Positions 14,399 through 29,284 of a DNA stretch of 64,000 bases are shown in pieces. This DNA is from Eledone cirrhosa. Taxonomy: Eukaryota. Both the position numbers and the translations under genes were made by a program. Where the stretch lies: assembly GCA_964016885.1 (NCBI GenBank), contig OZ024748.1:12152001-12216000 (forward strand), given 5' to 3'. The notes under the pieces are model-generated. The model did no database searches. It worked only from the letters and a program-made list of their open reading frames with translations, and was not told the DNA's origin. Position 1 is the first letter of the stretch. Every line of letters begins with the position of its first letter.

Positions 14399-14734
14399 TA
14401 TATATATATATATATATATAAAAGGTAAGACGGAAAGAAGCACTAAAGTATAAAAGTATATTCAAAGAATCTGTTTTCTTCTTTAATTCGACAAAGTGAT
14501 TATTGAAAACAAGAGGAAAACATTTTGTTTTTAAAAAAGGTTTTTATTAAATTCATAAAAATATATTACCGCTTCGATGTTATCCATCTTATCAAATATT
14601 ACAAGTTAAGAATTAAAAATTAAAAATTAAAAATCGAGAGTTCTTGACTGGTCTTTTAAATTGAGGATGTGTTGCGCCGATACATCAGAGTGTTGGTGGA
14701 ATATTTAAGTCTCAAGCTTCACATACACACACAC

Positions 14735-14869
<135 letters not shown>

Positions 14870-14917
14870 TAATGTTCTATATATTTCTGTTTACCTTTTA
14901 CACACACACACACACAC

Positions 14918-14998
<81 letters not shown>

Positions 14999-15056
14999 TG
15001 TGTGAGTGTGTGTATGTTTGTGTCAGTGTGTTGTGGGATAATGAAGGTCCCACCTT

Positions 15057-15093
<37 letters not shown>

Positions 15094-15543
15094 GTGTGTG
15101 TGTGCCTGTGTGTGGTGTGAGTGTGTGTAAATAAAAAAATACATATTACTGCTCGTCTAAAGGTACAAAAAAGAACCCCAAAAGCTTCATGCGTGCAGCC
15201 CTGCGGCCATATTTCCTATAAAGGGTACACTCTAAGTATTGCCTGTGTACACAACCCTTCAGCTGGCACTCAATAACGTGTGAAAGGTTCTCTAAGGTCA
15301 TTCTGCTTCATGCAGCTCTAATAACTAATAAACAGAACACAATATATGTACTAATAACATGTGTACACACACGTCGTACATACATATACAAACACATACA
15401 TATAAACATACATACACACACATATATATATATACACAGACACAGACAGATAGACATATATATATATTCAGACACTGACAAAGACTCATACATACACACA
15501 TACAAACACACGCGCTCTCATATATACATACAGAGACACATAT

Positions 15544-15582
<39 letters not shown>

Positions 15583-16037
15583 GGCATGCACACTGACACA
15601 CGAACACATACATACATACACACACATAAACACACACGCAGACAGACAGAAACACACATATACACACACACATACACATAGACGTACACACACATGCATA
15701 CACACATGCACACACACACACACACACACACACATAGACAGACAAAACATTGAACACAAACATCTGAATGAATGTAGAGGGTGTGGTAATAACATGTTTA
15801 CCCCTTCACACACACATACACACACAGAGACACACACAAACACACACACACACACATACACACACACATACACACATACACACATACACACACACACAGC
15901 ACACCATCTCTTTATCTATGTTATATTTCGTAGCATCGTTTATAAATATAGTTCAATGTCATTTTATACAACAGATGACATCTATTTTATCAAACCCCCC
16001 ACCTTTTATAATGTGTTGGTATCATTATTAGAACGAT

Positions 16038-17026
16038 GGCGGTGGATTGGCAGTATCGGTAGAGAGTCGGACGTCATGCTTTCCAGCATAGTTACGTCCC
16101 TTTACGGACTGAGTTCAAATCCCGCCGAGATTGACTTTGCCTTTCATCCTTACGGGGTCGATAAAATAAAGTACCAGTAATGCACTGGGTATTTGCTGTC
16201 CTTGTGCCTAAAGTAGAAACAATTATTAGAACGATGGATTGGCAGTAATCAGTAGGGCATCAGATATCATGCTTCGCGGCATTGAGTTACGGCCCTTTAC
16301 GTTCTGAATGGAAATCCTGCTGAGGTTAACTTTGCCTTTCATCCTTACAAGGTCGATAAATTAAAGTACCAGAAACGTATTGGGGGGTCGATTTAATCGT
16401 TTTCCCCTCCCCCAAATTAATGACCTTGTGGCTATACTAGAGATCCTTATGGCGCCCGACCCTCTACCGATTGTCAGTATCGGTAGAGGGTCGGGCGCCA
16501 TGATTTGAAGCATAGAGTTACCTCCCTTTATGATCTGAGTTCAAATCCCGCCGAGGTTAACTTTGCCTTTCATCCTTACTGGGTCGATAAAATAAAGTAC
16601 CAGTAATGCACTGGGATAATTGCTGGCCTTGTGCCAAAAGTAGAAACAATTATTAGAGCGGTGGATTGGCAGTAATTGGTTGAGCGTGGATATCATACTT
16701 TACGGCATAGAGTTATGGTCCTTTACATTCTAAATTCAAATCATGCTGAAATTAGCTTTGCCTTTCATCCTTAAGGGCTCGATAAAATAATGTACCAGTA
16801 ACGTATTGGGGTCGATTTAATCGACTTTCCCCCTTCCCTTCAATTATTATTATTATTGTGGGTCGGACGCCGTGCTTTGCAGCAAAGAGTTACGGCCCTT
16901 TATGGTCTGAGTTCAAATCCCGCCGAGGTTAACTTTGCCTTTCATCCTTACGGGGTCGATAAAATAAAGTACCAGTAAATCACTAGCATAATTGCTGGCC
17001 TTGTGCCAAAAGTAGAAACAATTATT
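16038..17026 (+). mobile_element. Cluster of five octopus-type tRNA-derived SINEs
   Basis: Repeated A-box (tggcagtatcgg), B-box (gagttcaaatccc) and core ctttgcctttcatccttacggggtcgataaaataaagtaccag with (ATT)n tails. TSD attattagaacgatgg at 16024 and 16222. Confidence 0.9.
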
Positions 17027-17761
17027 GGTCCGTCTTTGATGTTTGCTTAATGTCAGCCCTGTATGGCTAACAAACCAATAATATTATGGTTCATTTTTGT
17101 AAATCTCATACACTTAGATGTTAAACGATCTGGATATTTCAATGGGGAGCAGTCAACAACAAGTTGACAAATATCCTTCACTGTATTCTCTCCTATGTCT
17201 TACATCTGTTGAGAGCAGAGATTTAAAACAAACTCTCTGTTCTCGACAGCTATAACGGTATTTTGTACAGAATAGGACTTATATTAAGACAATTCCTCTG
17301 AGGATTAGATCTGTCTTTCGGTGCCTTACCAAAATCGGTATTACTGATCACTTAGATCGATGGCTTTGCTTCGTACTTTTGGTCAATGAAACAGCGCTGT
17401 AAGGAAAGAAATGGCTTTTTTAGAGCATGTAAATTTATCTGGATATTATTTGCTCTTTATATACGTATGTATACAAAATGGTATCTGTTTCTTCTTACAT
17501 ATATCTTTTAATTTTGAATTATACACACACGCACACACAAACACACACACACACATATATATATATAGAGAGAGAGTTTCACCTGTGCACTCAATCTATG
17601 TGCAGGCGTGCAGGTGAAAATCTATTGTAACAAGACTCACTACTTAGCCATAATAAAGGAACATATATATATATAATAAGTTGACGGGAGTAGCATAAGT
17701 TTATGTGCACACACACATATATATATATACATATATATATATATACACACACACATATATG

Positions 17762-17819
<58 letters not shown>

Positions 17820-18180
17820 CAGGCGTAAATTATGATGTTAGTGGCCAGTTTTATAAACTGCTGTGGCACTTAGTCCAATTTTATGACAGAATTTATGTTC
17901 TATCTAATATATTAGATTACATTGTCAATAAGTAAGCTGGCACCAGCAGCACCGCACCACCACTAGCACCTTACCCCAAGCGCCAACACCACTACCCCAT
18001 CACCGCCCCCCCCACCATTTACCTACCCCCTCAGTCATAGAACTGACACCGTCAGGCAACCTCCCCCCCCTCCATAATCCCACTACTGCTACTACTTCTA
18101 GACATGCTCCTCTCACTCATGTTCCTGTCATATTTAATTAAATTTTATTATTTTATATTTCAGAATTTTGTTTTCTTTAC

Positions 18181-18262
<82 letters not shown>

Positions 18263-18413
18263 AATATATATATATATAATACGAAACTTTAATATAGAAA
18301 AGGGTTCTACAGGACTAGAACTGTTTCACTCTGCTTTGTATTGAGTACCTTACATACTGTGGTTACCCCCGTTTGAACCCGGGATAAACTTATATATATA
18401 TATATATATATAT

Positions 18414-18459
<46 letters not shown>

Positions 18460-18464
<5 letters not shown>

Positions 18465-18575
18465 TAAAATAACAGATTAAAGTTTAAGCAAAGAATCGCT
18501 GCTTTCACCCTTAACGGAATCTTCTGAAACTAAAAAAGTCCCTCTTTGGATTTTAGTCTTCCAATTTATTATTAT

Positions 18576-18582
<7 letters not shown>
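18460..18582. mobile_element. Family B fragment with inversion
   Basis: Minus HHR part fused to the plus tail (ccctctttggattttagtct). Confidence 0.65.
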
Positions 18583-18636
<54 letters not shown>

Positions 18637-19070
18637 CTCTTTTACGCTTTTACTCTTTTACCTGTACTAGCCATCAGGCTGAGGCTATACTGGGGTACCT
18701 CCCTTGTTGCTACACATATCCAGCTTGCTTTGGCTGGCGATTGATGTAGAAGGGAGTTCGTTGCTGCTGCCTTTAGGTTACCTTCATTCCATCTCTGTAG
18801 GTTCATCTGGGATCCTGGATAGCAGAGTGTTAAGATGTTTCTTGAAAACATCCACGTCTACATTATGCAGATCTCTTAAATTTCATGGCAGCTTATTAAA
18901 GAGTGGAGGAGACACACTGACGTCCTGTTCGAGGGCTGGTCCAGCTCTTAATGCCAAAGTTCAGGGCTAGTTCCTCCAGGATCTTCCATATGTATATCAC
19001 TGCGTACCTCTCCCGCTTTCTTCCCAAAGAGTAGAGTTTTAGTTCTTTTAGCCTCTCCCAGTAGCTATAT
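18637..19070 (-). mobile_element. CR1-group LINE ORF2 3' end, decayed
   Basis: SYWERLKELKLYSLGRKRERYAVIYIWKILE...LFNKLP*NLRDLHNVDVDVFKKHLNTLLSRIPDEP, with a (GTAAAAGA)-like tail. Confidence 0.8.
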
Positions 19071-19444
19071 ACATTGAAGTAAAACTGACCTCATTAAATG
19101 AATGGGAATTGATATATACTTTTTCAAAACAATAAGGGAATCATTGTGTCATTACCATAACAGAAGTTCGACGAGCTTTTGATTCCAGAGTCGGGCCAGA
19201 TCGGTACAGACCGAGCCTTGAGCAGACCAATTGCGAAACGCGCGTCACAGCTCAATAAATGTAATGAAGATCTAACACCTCGTCCTTTTTATTATTAGTA
19301 GTATTACACTCTATTTAGTACAACACCAATATACCTACTTGAAACTACGCATCGAGTGCTTACTTTGGTGAACCTACAGTAACTGGACATGACAATCCCT
19401 AAACTATATATATATATATATATATATATGTAAATATATATACA

Positions 19445-20286
19445 GTTATAATAAATGTGAAGACTAAAATCCGAAGAGGGCTCGATAAGGATTATATATA
19501 TATAATCTATATATATAAAACTGAGGATGTCTGTCAGTGTGTGTGTGTGTGTGTGTGTGTGTCTGTGAGTTTGAATCCCTAAAACTCGGGAAGTACCCTA
19601 CCGATGTTTTTCAAACTTTACATGTGTATTACTTATGTTTCAGGGAGTGTTATGCACATAAAAAAATTCAACTTTTTGATCCCCTAGGTGAAAAACTGCG
19701 TTTTTTCAGACCTTTAGGTTTTTTTTGAGGCGTTACGTCAGACTGATTTCCTTGAAATTGTAACTATGTATTAGTCAATCTCTTCTTCATACTGTGAGCA
19801 AAGAAAATCCAACTTGTTTATGGCCTAGGGCCCGCATTAGGTGAAAAACTTCATTTTTTCAGCTTTTTAGGGCTTTTTTGAGGCGTTACTTTCTAGCCGG
19901 TTTTTCCTGAAATTTCAAGGCATATTATGCTAATAAAAAAAATAATTTTCTTGATCTCTAGGGCCCGCATTAGGTGAAAAACTGCATTTTTCCTGCTTCA
20001 TCGAGGAAAATCTTAAAGATTATCCAACCATCAGAGTATTCGGTTTATTTTCTTTACATATTGTCCAGGCATGCAGTTTTTCCACGATTAGGTCTGTTGG
20101 CGGCCCGCGTTCCAAAATACTGTATCCCGTGCAGCGCCGGGTACCACTGCTAGTATATATATAAACCTGTAGGGCAAATATTTATTATAAGAACAGATTC
20201 AAGTCTAAGCAAAGAATCGCTGCTTTCACTCAGATCCCGTTAAGGGTGAAAGCAGCCATTCTTTGCTTTTAAACTTTATTCTGTTC

Positions 20287-20295
<9 letters not shown>
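19445..20295. mobile_element. Family B fold-back copy split by a Helitron
   Basis: 19445-19505 plus 20154-20295 reconstitute the sequence seen at 2158-2320. Confidence 0.7.
19506..20153 (+). mobile_element. Non-autonomous Helitron
   Basis: A|TCtatatatataaaa ... cccgtgcagcgccggg hairpin ... CTAG|T, with internal 'taggtgaaaaact' subrepeats. Confidence 0.8.
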
Positions 20296-20322
<27 letters not shown>

Positions 20323-20325
<3 letters not shown>

Positions 20326-20519
20326 CGGAGGAAATGTGGTAAGGAACCAGGTGGACCATAACGCACCAAAGTACTCAATACTTAGGGTAGTAGAATGGGT
20401 AATAGGAACGAGTAGGACCCCGACGGCTGAGCTCAAGCCGTTTCGACGGCTAATTCTGGACTTAGTCCAGAATTAGCCGTCGAAACGGCTTGAGCTCAGC
20501 CGTCGGGGTCCTACTCGTT

Positions 20520-20523
<4 letters not shown>
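20323..20523 (-). mobile_element. Family A fold-back element
   Basis: Perfect palindrome 20403-20523 plus tail, with (TA)n on both sides. Confidence 0.8.
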
Positions 20524-20609
<86 letters not shown>

Positions 20610-21004
20610 TTTTTATATAGACTAGAAGTGTTTCATTCAATGGTAGTACTGGTGGTGGTGGTGGTGGAAGTAGTAGCAGTAGTAGTGTCAGAAACACATG
20701 TCCCTCCCCCTCTAATGACCACCCCATATAACGATCCCTACACCTCCCTCTACCTCCCCACCCTCACCCTCGTCTTCTGTATTTATTTCAAAATATTTCA
20801 TTGGCGTCATGACGTCTGACCTTCGGTCAATTTCTCAAGTTGGTGGAACAACTTCGGACAAGCAAACGTCATTGTTTTATTTTTTATTTTCCATTTTTTT
20901 GGTTTTTTTTTTGTATTTTTCAGTCTCAGTCATTTTACCTCTCCCTTCCAACACACCCACCTCTACTATTCTCCTTACGCTCTCACTTTTCTCCGTCCCT
21001 CATT

Positions 21005-21072
<68 letters not shown>

Positions 21073-21312
21073 CTCTCATTCTCTCCCTCATTCTGTTTTA
21101 TTTTACTCTCTACCACTCTCTCAGTCTTATTGCTATTACATATCCCATTTTCTCTCTCTCTTTCTCTCCATCTCTATCTATGTTTCTCTCATTCTCTTCC
21201 TCACTTTGTCTCACCTTCTCTCACCCTCTCACTTTTCTTCTTCCCTCATTCTCTCCCTCATTCTGTTTCTTTGTCTCTCCCACTCTCCCAGTCTTATTGC
21301 TATTGCTTGTCA

Positions 21313-21364
<52 letters not shown>

Positions 21365-21407
21365 CTCTCTCTCTCGCTCTCTCTTTCTCTCTCTCTCTCG
21401 CTCTCAC

Positions 21408-21439
<32 letters not shown>

Positions 21440-22044
21440 ACTCTATCTCTCCTTACCTCCTTCTCATTTTAGAGGGGGGGGGGGGATTTTGTGAGCTATG
21501 TACTAGGGTTGCTCACGCACATGCGTTATATCCGTGTGTGTGTTTGCGAGTGTGTTTATGTATTTATTTATACGTTTATTTACTTGTCACTAGTTGGTTG
21601 CTTGTGTGTGTCTGGTTTGTTTTATTGCGTTTGGTTCTTGTGTGTCTCTGAATGTCTTTATCTTGTCCTTGGCTACTAGTTGTGATGTTGTTTAAATAAA
21701 AACACACACACAACTGGATTTAACACATGCGCAACCCAAGTACACAGCTCACAAAAACAAAATGGTGTAGGACAGACAGAATAAAGGTGAGACACAAAAT
21801 AACAAATTAGTCATCGAGGAGGTCACAGAATGTGTGACGAAAAAGCTTTAACAATAAGCAAGTAAACAACCATCCGGTTATTAAACTAAACGACTGGAAG
21901 TGAACACTAATAGGTGCGTGTGTTTCTATTGGCAGCATGACCCAACCAAATATAACAATAAATGTTTCAAAACACGTTTGAAGTTAAGAAACCTTGCAAA
22001 ACAAATACAAAAACGAAGTATATATACATTTACACAAACACACG

Positions 22045-22081
<37 letters not shown>

Positions 22082-22201
22082 ACACATACACACACACGCA
22101 CACACACATACACATATATATATATACATATATATACACACATATAGAGAGAGATATTTATATTCAGTTACAATTACACACACACACGTATATACATACA
22201 T

Positions 22202-22790
<589 letters not shown>

Positions 22791-22836
22791 AATATGAATT
22801 TACGTAGGTGTGCGGCTGTGCATATGCATATATGTA

Positions 22837-22920
<84 letters not shown>

Positions 22921-23109
22921 TATACAAACATAAATACAAATGTACAGGCCTGATACTGCTAGACTAATTACTTTACATTTATGCTATGCACATATACATA
23001 GTTTGTGGATATTAATGTTGCGGAAAAGACCCAGAAATACTTAACCACGGTTACACACACACACACACATACACACACATATATATATATACATACATAT
23101 ACGTATATA

Positions 23110-23195
<86 letters not shown>

Positions 23196-23204
23196 TACAT
23201 ATAC

Positions 23205-23245
<41 letters not shown>

Positions 23246-23268
23246 TATATATATACACATACATGTAC

Positions 23269-23321
<53 letters not shown>

Positions 23322-23375
23322 CACACACACACATATATATATACATACATATACGTATATATCTATCTCTCTCTC

Positions 23376-23430
<55 letters not shown>

Positions 23431-23816
23431 TTGCAGCCGAAATAATTAAATAAACGAAGCAAGAAATGCCTTCATATGCAGAAAGAAATAACTTTTAATC
23501 TTATTATAACCCCACTCCACCTTAAAAAAAAACCCCAAGGACATAGAAAAAAAAATACCCATAAAAATATCTCGTTGATCAAACACTAATTAAAGGTGTT
23601 CCACCACAGCAAGTAATCAGAAATAGCTGAATTGTAACGTTTTGTACAGATTAAGAACTGTAGACATCATAAGAACTATTTCAGAACTTCAAAGATGTTC
23701 AAAGAGAGACGATCTTAAGAATGCATTAATAATAAATTTTGCTTACATCACTGAAAAAGTACTTGAAATCTTGAAATAGAAGATGATGGAATTTAGAGTT
23801 TAGAATTAGTATTGCA

Positions 23817-23854
<38 letters not shown>

Positions 23855-23882
23855 CCTTTGAACTCTGTTCCCACACACTTCT

Positions 23883-23916
23883 CACCTGAGGAAGGGATTA
23901 TGCCCGAAACGTCGTT
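23883..23916 (+). ncRNA. Minimal PLE-type hammerhead
   Basis: cac CUGAGGA aGGG-auuaug-CCC GAAAC-GUC guu; stem I is weak. Confidence 0.55.
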
Positions 23917-24003
23917 CCCCACCAACACCCCACTCTCCAGAGCGTGTAATTAATAAACATTCGTTGTACTGCCTCTCTGTTTTGTTCCTGTTCAAATTTT
24001 TCC

Positions 24004-24133
<130 letters not shown>

Positions 24134-24574
24134 CAGTATATATATATATATATATATATAAAGGTTTACATATACATAAATTTATATATGTTACAACCGG
24201 TCACTTTTTAGCTCTATGAAGAATTAATAAATTAAATACTCAGAGCAATATATTATTATAAATCATGTCTACAGAATTATTAGATAAACAAAATATATAC
24301 TCCATTTCCTCTGCCAAACAGCACAATCAACCATATAAAAAATCAATTATACTAAGCCATAAGGATAAAAGCTCCTATGAAGAAATCTCCGACAAATAAA
24401 CGAGAGTGGCTACTTCGCATTATCCACAGCAGGTTATTTATCCAACATTTCGACAGCATGCATAAATCGACCAAGTACATAATTAACCATATGCCATTCG
24501 GTGTAAAATCAAACATAGAAGAACTGTATGGAGTATATATTTTGTTTATCTCATAATTCTGTAGACATGATTTA

Positions 24575-24631
<57 letters not shown>

Positions 24632-24722
24632 TAAAATAACAGATTAAAGTTTAAGCAAAGAATCGCTGCTTTCATCCTTAACGGGATCTTCTGAAACTAA
24701 CAAAGTCAATCTGTAAACGCAC

Positions 24723-24887
24723 CTGAAGAATAGAATTCGTTCTATTAAGGATTCTAGCGCCGTGCACGTCCATTCCGACAAAACTGGCAACCTATATCAA
24801 GTGGAGCGCAGTACTTACCATCAACTACTACATAATGCTGTAACTAAGGATTACCGTAAAACTAATCGGTGCGTCATCAATGATTAA
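24723..24887 (+). pseudogene. Penelope-like element ORF fragment (region just N-terminal to the RT core)
   Basis: My translation LKNRIRSIKDSSAVHVHSDKTGNLYQVERSTYHQLLHNAVTKDYRKTN resembles the PLE motif 'V.ADKT.N.Y......Y..LL...IT..YKK'. Confidence 0.7.
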
Positions 24888-25004
24888 TGACGTATTATTC
24901 GTTTTTTCCCGTTCTTTGCCAGCGAACGTTACCACGAACCAAAGTAACGTCTTCCTGTCTTCCTCCGGTTGCAACGTTTTTTGAAATATCCAGTTCTGCG
25001 TTTA

Positions 25005-25078
25005 CAGATTGACTTTGTTAGTTTCAGAAGATCCCGTTAAGGGTGAAAGCAGCGATTCTTTGCTTAAACTTTAATCTG
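25005..25078 (+). ncRNA. Type I hammerhead, variant core CAGAAGA
   Basis: cagattga..agttt CAGAAGA tccc-gttaa-gggt GAAAGCA-gcgattctt-TGCT T^ aaact-ttaatctg. Three stems are present and U4 is replaced by A. Confidence 0.65.
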
Positions 25079-25118
25079 TTATTTTAATAAATATTTGCTC
25101 TACGGGTTAATATATTTA

Positions 25119-25181
<63 letters not shown>

Positions 25182-25199
25182 TATATATATATATATATG

Positions 25200-25239
<40 letters not shown>

Positions 25240-25811
25240 CGTTGCTCACGTGATCAAGCGGAAAGACGGCGGTAAGTTTGCCTTGGCGTTCATATTATAT
25301 TCCCTTATATTTCCTCTTGATTTCTTTTACATTTCGTCACACGACGCCATATTAGATTTGAGAAATGCCTTTTGTGGTTGTGTTGTTAATTTTAGTTTTT
25401 TCTCGACGACACATAATATTTGTCAGCCAACAAATTTCAAAATAATTTACACATAAAGATCTGACCCCTGCTCAGATATTTCTGTCTCTCGCTTCCAGAC
25501 GCCACCTACCGACCACCTAAAATAATATCTATATCTTCCCCTTCACAGGTCAGTCCCTCATTGCCGAAACAAGGTGCACAATATTTATAAACATAACATA
25601 ATAAAACAAATCTTTAAAAAAGGGGCACAACGTCGACAACATCGACGACAACAACAACAACAACAACAACGACAACGACAACAACACCAGCAACATCAAC
25701 AACAACAACAACAACAACAACACCACTAACGACAACAACAACGACGACACCAGCAACATCAACAACAACAACAACAACACCACTAACGACGACAACAACA
25801 ACGACAACAAC

Positions 25812-26190
25812 AATAATTGTTTCTACTTTTGGCACAAGGCCAGCAATTTTCCCTAGTACATTACTGGTACTTTATTTTATCGACCTCGTAATGACGAAAG
25901 GCAATGTTAACCCCGGTGGGATTTGAAATCAATGCGTAACTCTATGCGTCAAAGCATGGCGTCCGACCCTCTACACATACTGCCAATCCACCGACCTTGA
26001 TAATAATTGTTTCTACATTTGGCACAAGGCCAGCAATTACCCAGTGTATTACTGGTACTTTATTTCATCGACCCCGTAAGGGTGAAAGGCAAAGTTAACC
26101 TCGGCGGGATTTGAACTCAGTCCGTAAAGGGACTTAACTATGCTGGAAAGCATGGCGTCCGACGCTCTACAGATACTGCCAATCCATCTT
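25812..26190 (-). mobile_element. Two octopus-type SINEs
   Basis: Consensus match; TSD cttgataataat at 25996 and 26188. Confidence 0.88.
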
Positions 26191-26247
26191 GATAATAATA
26201 ATGATAATGGTTTCTGAATATGAAAATACAATAAATATATACAATAA

Positions 26248-26284
<37 letters not shown>

Positions 26285-26341
26285 TATACAATATAATTAC
26301 CTCATTACCAGGTAATTATATTGTATTGTATAAGGCTATTG

Positions 26342-26409
26342 CCTTATCCGACGAACGAATGAGGACGTTTTCCGTATTCGTCTTATTCGGGAAACCTCTG
26401 GTAATGAGG
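26342..26409 (+). ncRNA. Type I hammerhead with long stem II, core CCGACGA
   Basis: CCUUAU CCGACGA a-cgaaugaggacg..cgucuuauucg-g GAAACC-ucu-GGUA^ AUGAGG. An inverted copy of its 3' part lies at 26286-26312. Confidence 0.65.
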
Positions 26410-26450
26410 TAATTATATTGTATTGTTTATTATACATTAACTTTAGCTCT

Positions 26451-26586
26451 GGTACGGCCCTTTACGGTCTGAGTTCAAATCCCGCCGAGGTTAACTTTGC
26501 CTTTCATCATTACGGGGTCGATAAAATAAAGTACCAGTAATACACTGGGATAATTGCTGGCCTTGTGCCAAAAGTAGAAACAATTA
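26451..26586 (+). mobile_element. 5'-truncated octopus-type SINE
   Basis: Starts at tacggccctttacggtctgagttc. Confidence 0.85.
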
Positions 26587-26655
26587 AATTTTGCTCTGGT
26601 ACTTACATAGAGCACTCTTCACTCCTATGACTTTTTCAATTTTCAACGGAAACTT

Positions 26656-26762
<107 letters not shown>

Positions 26763-26899
26763 ATGAGAGAAGAGAAGTGAACAGAGGGAGGTAGAAGAGA
26801 GGGGAGAGGGGAAGAGTGAAGGAGAGAGAAGGAGTTAGATAGATAGGCAGATCGAGAGAGAGAGAGGGAGAGGGAGAGACAAAGAAAGAAAGAAAAAAA

Positions 26900-26997
<98 letters not shown>

Positions 26998-27156
26998 GAA
27001 GTGTAAATCTAAGTTTGGTTGGTATTGTAGCAAGTGTCAGTAAAAAAATACCCCAGGGTAGCCGGGGTGGGCTAGGGTAAATAGAGGTAGGTCAGGTAGT
27101 GGTGTATATGATAGTGGACAGACAGCATATTGTCTGAGGGGGTAGCTACCGTAAGA

Positions 27157-27313
<157 letters not shown>

Positions 27314-27331
27314 AATATATGTATATATATG

Positions 27332-27374
<43 letters not shown>

Positions 27375-27470
27375 CTGCATGCCAAACATTGGAGACAATG
27401 GTGAAGTCGACAGTCGACTTTTGTGGCAGACAATGATAAATGTATCTCTGTAAATAAGTCACTGAATGGA

Positions 27471-27612
<142 letters not shown>

Positions 27613-27613
27613 C

Positions 27614-27745
<132 letters not shown>

Positions 27746-27747
27746 GT

Positions 27748-27848
<101 letters not shown>

Positions 27849-27898
27849 TAATATATATATGTATGTATATATATATATATATGTATATACATATATAC

Positions 27899-27929
<31 letters not shown>

Positions 27930-28509
27930 GCTGTGTCAACGTGTATGTGTATAGTTTGACAGGTCTATCGAATCAGAATACATACATATATACATATATA
28001 CACACATACACGCATACACGCATATTTATATATTTATATGTATGTATGTATGGGTATACAAACGTATTTATTTACAAACACTTATAAAGTTATCGTCACA
28101 TACATATATGCACCTATACGTACATACATACACAGAAACACGCACATACACATACACATACACACACATACCTATATATGACTCTATTTCATCAGTCTGG
28201 GCGGCCCCGGGAGGTTGACGGACGCTGCCCTTTCCACCATCTTAGTCCAATAAATAACAGTAGCAAATGGTACCCTCCACCCCATCCACCCTCACTTATT
28301 ACCGTCTTTCATTAGAAATTCCCTTTGGTAGCAATCCAATAAATATATGTAAAGATTGTTTAACCCTTAAAATAATATGAAACCGCATCAAAAGTCTTTG
28401 GTACCACAATACGACGCCATTTGTTTTTAAGTGATTATATTTATATAAAACAATTCACTCAAAATATTATGCAAGAATCATTGTTAAATTATGTTCGAAA
28501 CCCTGCCAT

Positions 28510-28800
28510 AATAATTGTTTCTACTTTTGGCACAAGGCCAACAAATACCCAGTGCATTACTGGTACTTTATTTTATCGACCCCGTAAGGATGAAAGGCAA
28601 AGTTAACCTCGGCAAGATTTGAACTCAGAATGGAAATGGCCGTAACTCTATGCTGCAAAGCATGGCGTCCGACACTCTACCGATACTGCCAAATCACCAT
28701 AATAATGGTTTCTGATTTAGGTACGAGCCCAACAATTTTGGGGGAGGGGGAATGTCTAAGCTGCATAGGATGGTGTCAGACGCTCTACTGATGCTGCCAA
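28510..28800 (-). mobile_element. Octopus-type SINE inserted in the tail of an older decayed SINE
   Basis: TSD ccataataat at 28506 and 28697. Confidence 0.82.
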
Positions 28801-29161
28801 TCCGGGATCAGGAATGAAATATCAGTATGACATCATTCTGGGAAGGTCAAAGGTGAAAGCCGGCTGGTTCAGATGTGTGGTCCTGGACGAGGTCTCAGTT
28901 GGCAAATTTAGACTCATTTCATGATCTTCGCCACTCTTCCTTCAGATCAAAGAAATATGGTGACGATTGGGTTAAGGTTTCAAAGGAGAACAGGGGTTAA
29001 ATTTTAAACTATTATAGCTTTGATTCTTCTTAGATTATTTCCAGGTTTGCTATGTCTGTTTCGCAGCCAAATTAAATACGTTTACGAACAAATAGTCATA
29101 TCTATGAGCAATGACTTCCCGCCGCTGTCATTGCTAATTTAAATATATGCATGCGCACACG

Positions 29162-29280
<119 letters not shown>

Positions 29281-29284
29281 TCTA

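Larger units (their letters stand above)
24624..25110 (+). mobile_element. Family B: internally deleted Penelope-like element with inverted 5' pLTR copy
   Basis: Inverted arms ~24624-24721 and 24997-25094 carry an HHR-like motif, the spacer encodes a PLE RT-like peptide, and both flanks are (TA)n. Confidence 0.8.

Noticed and set aside
23560-23820. Unique stretches as possible host exons (also 7780-7960 and 27372-27470)
   Set aside because: No recognisable protein motif or consistent splice and frame evidence; RNA-seq would be needed.
28175-28240. Minus-strand GAAA...CTGATGA as a permuted hammerhead
   Set aside because: Stems I and III do not pair in register.
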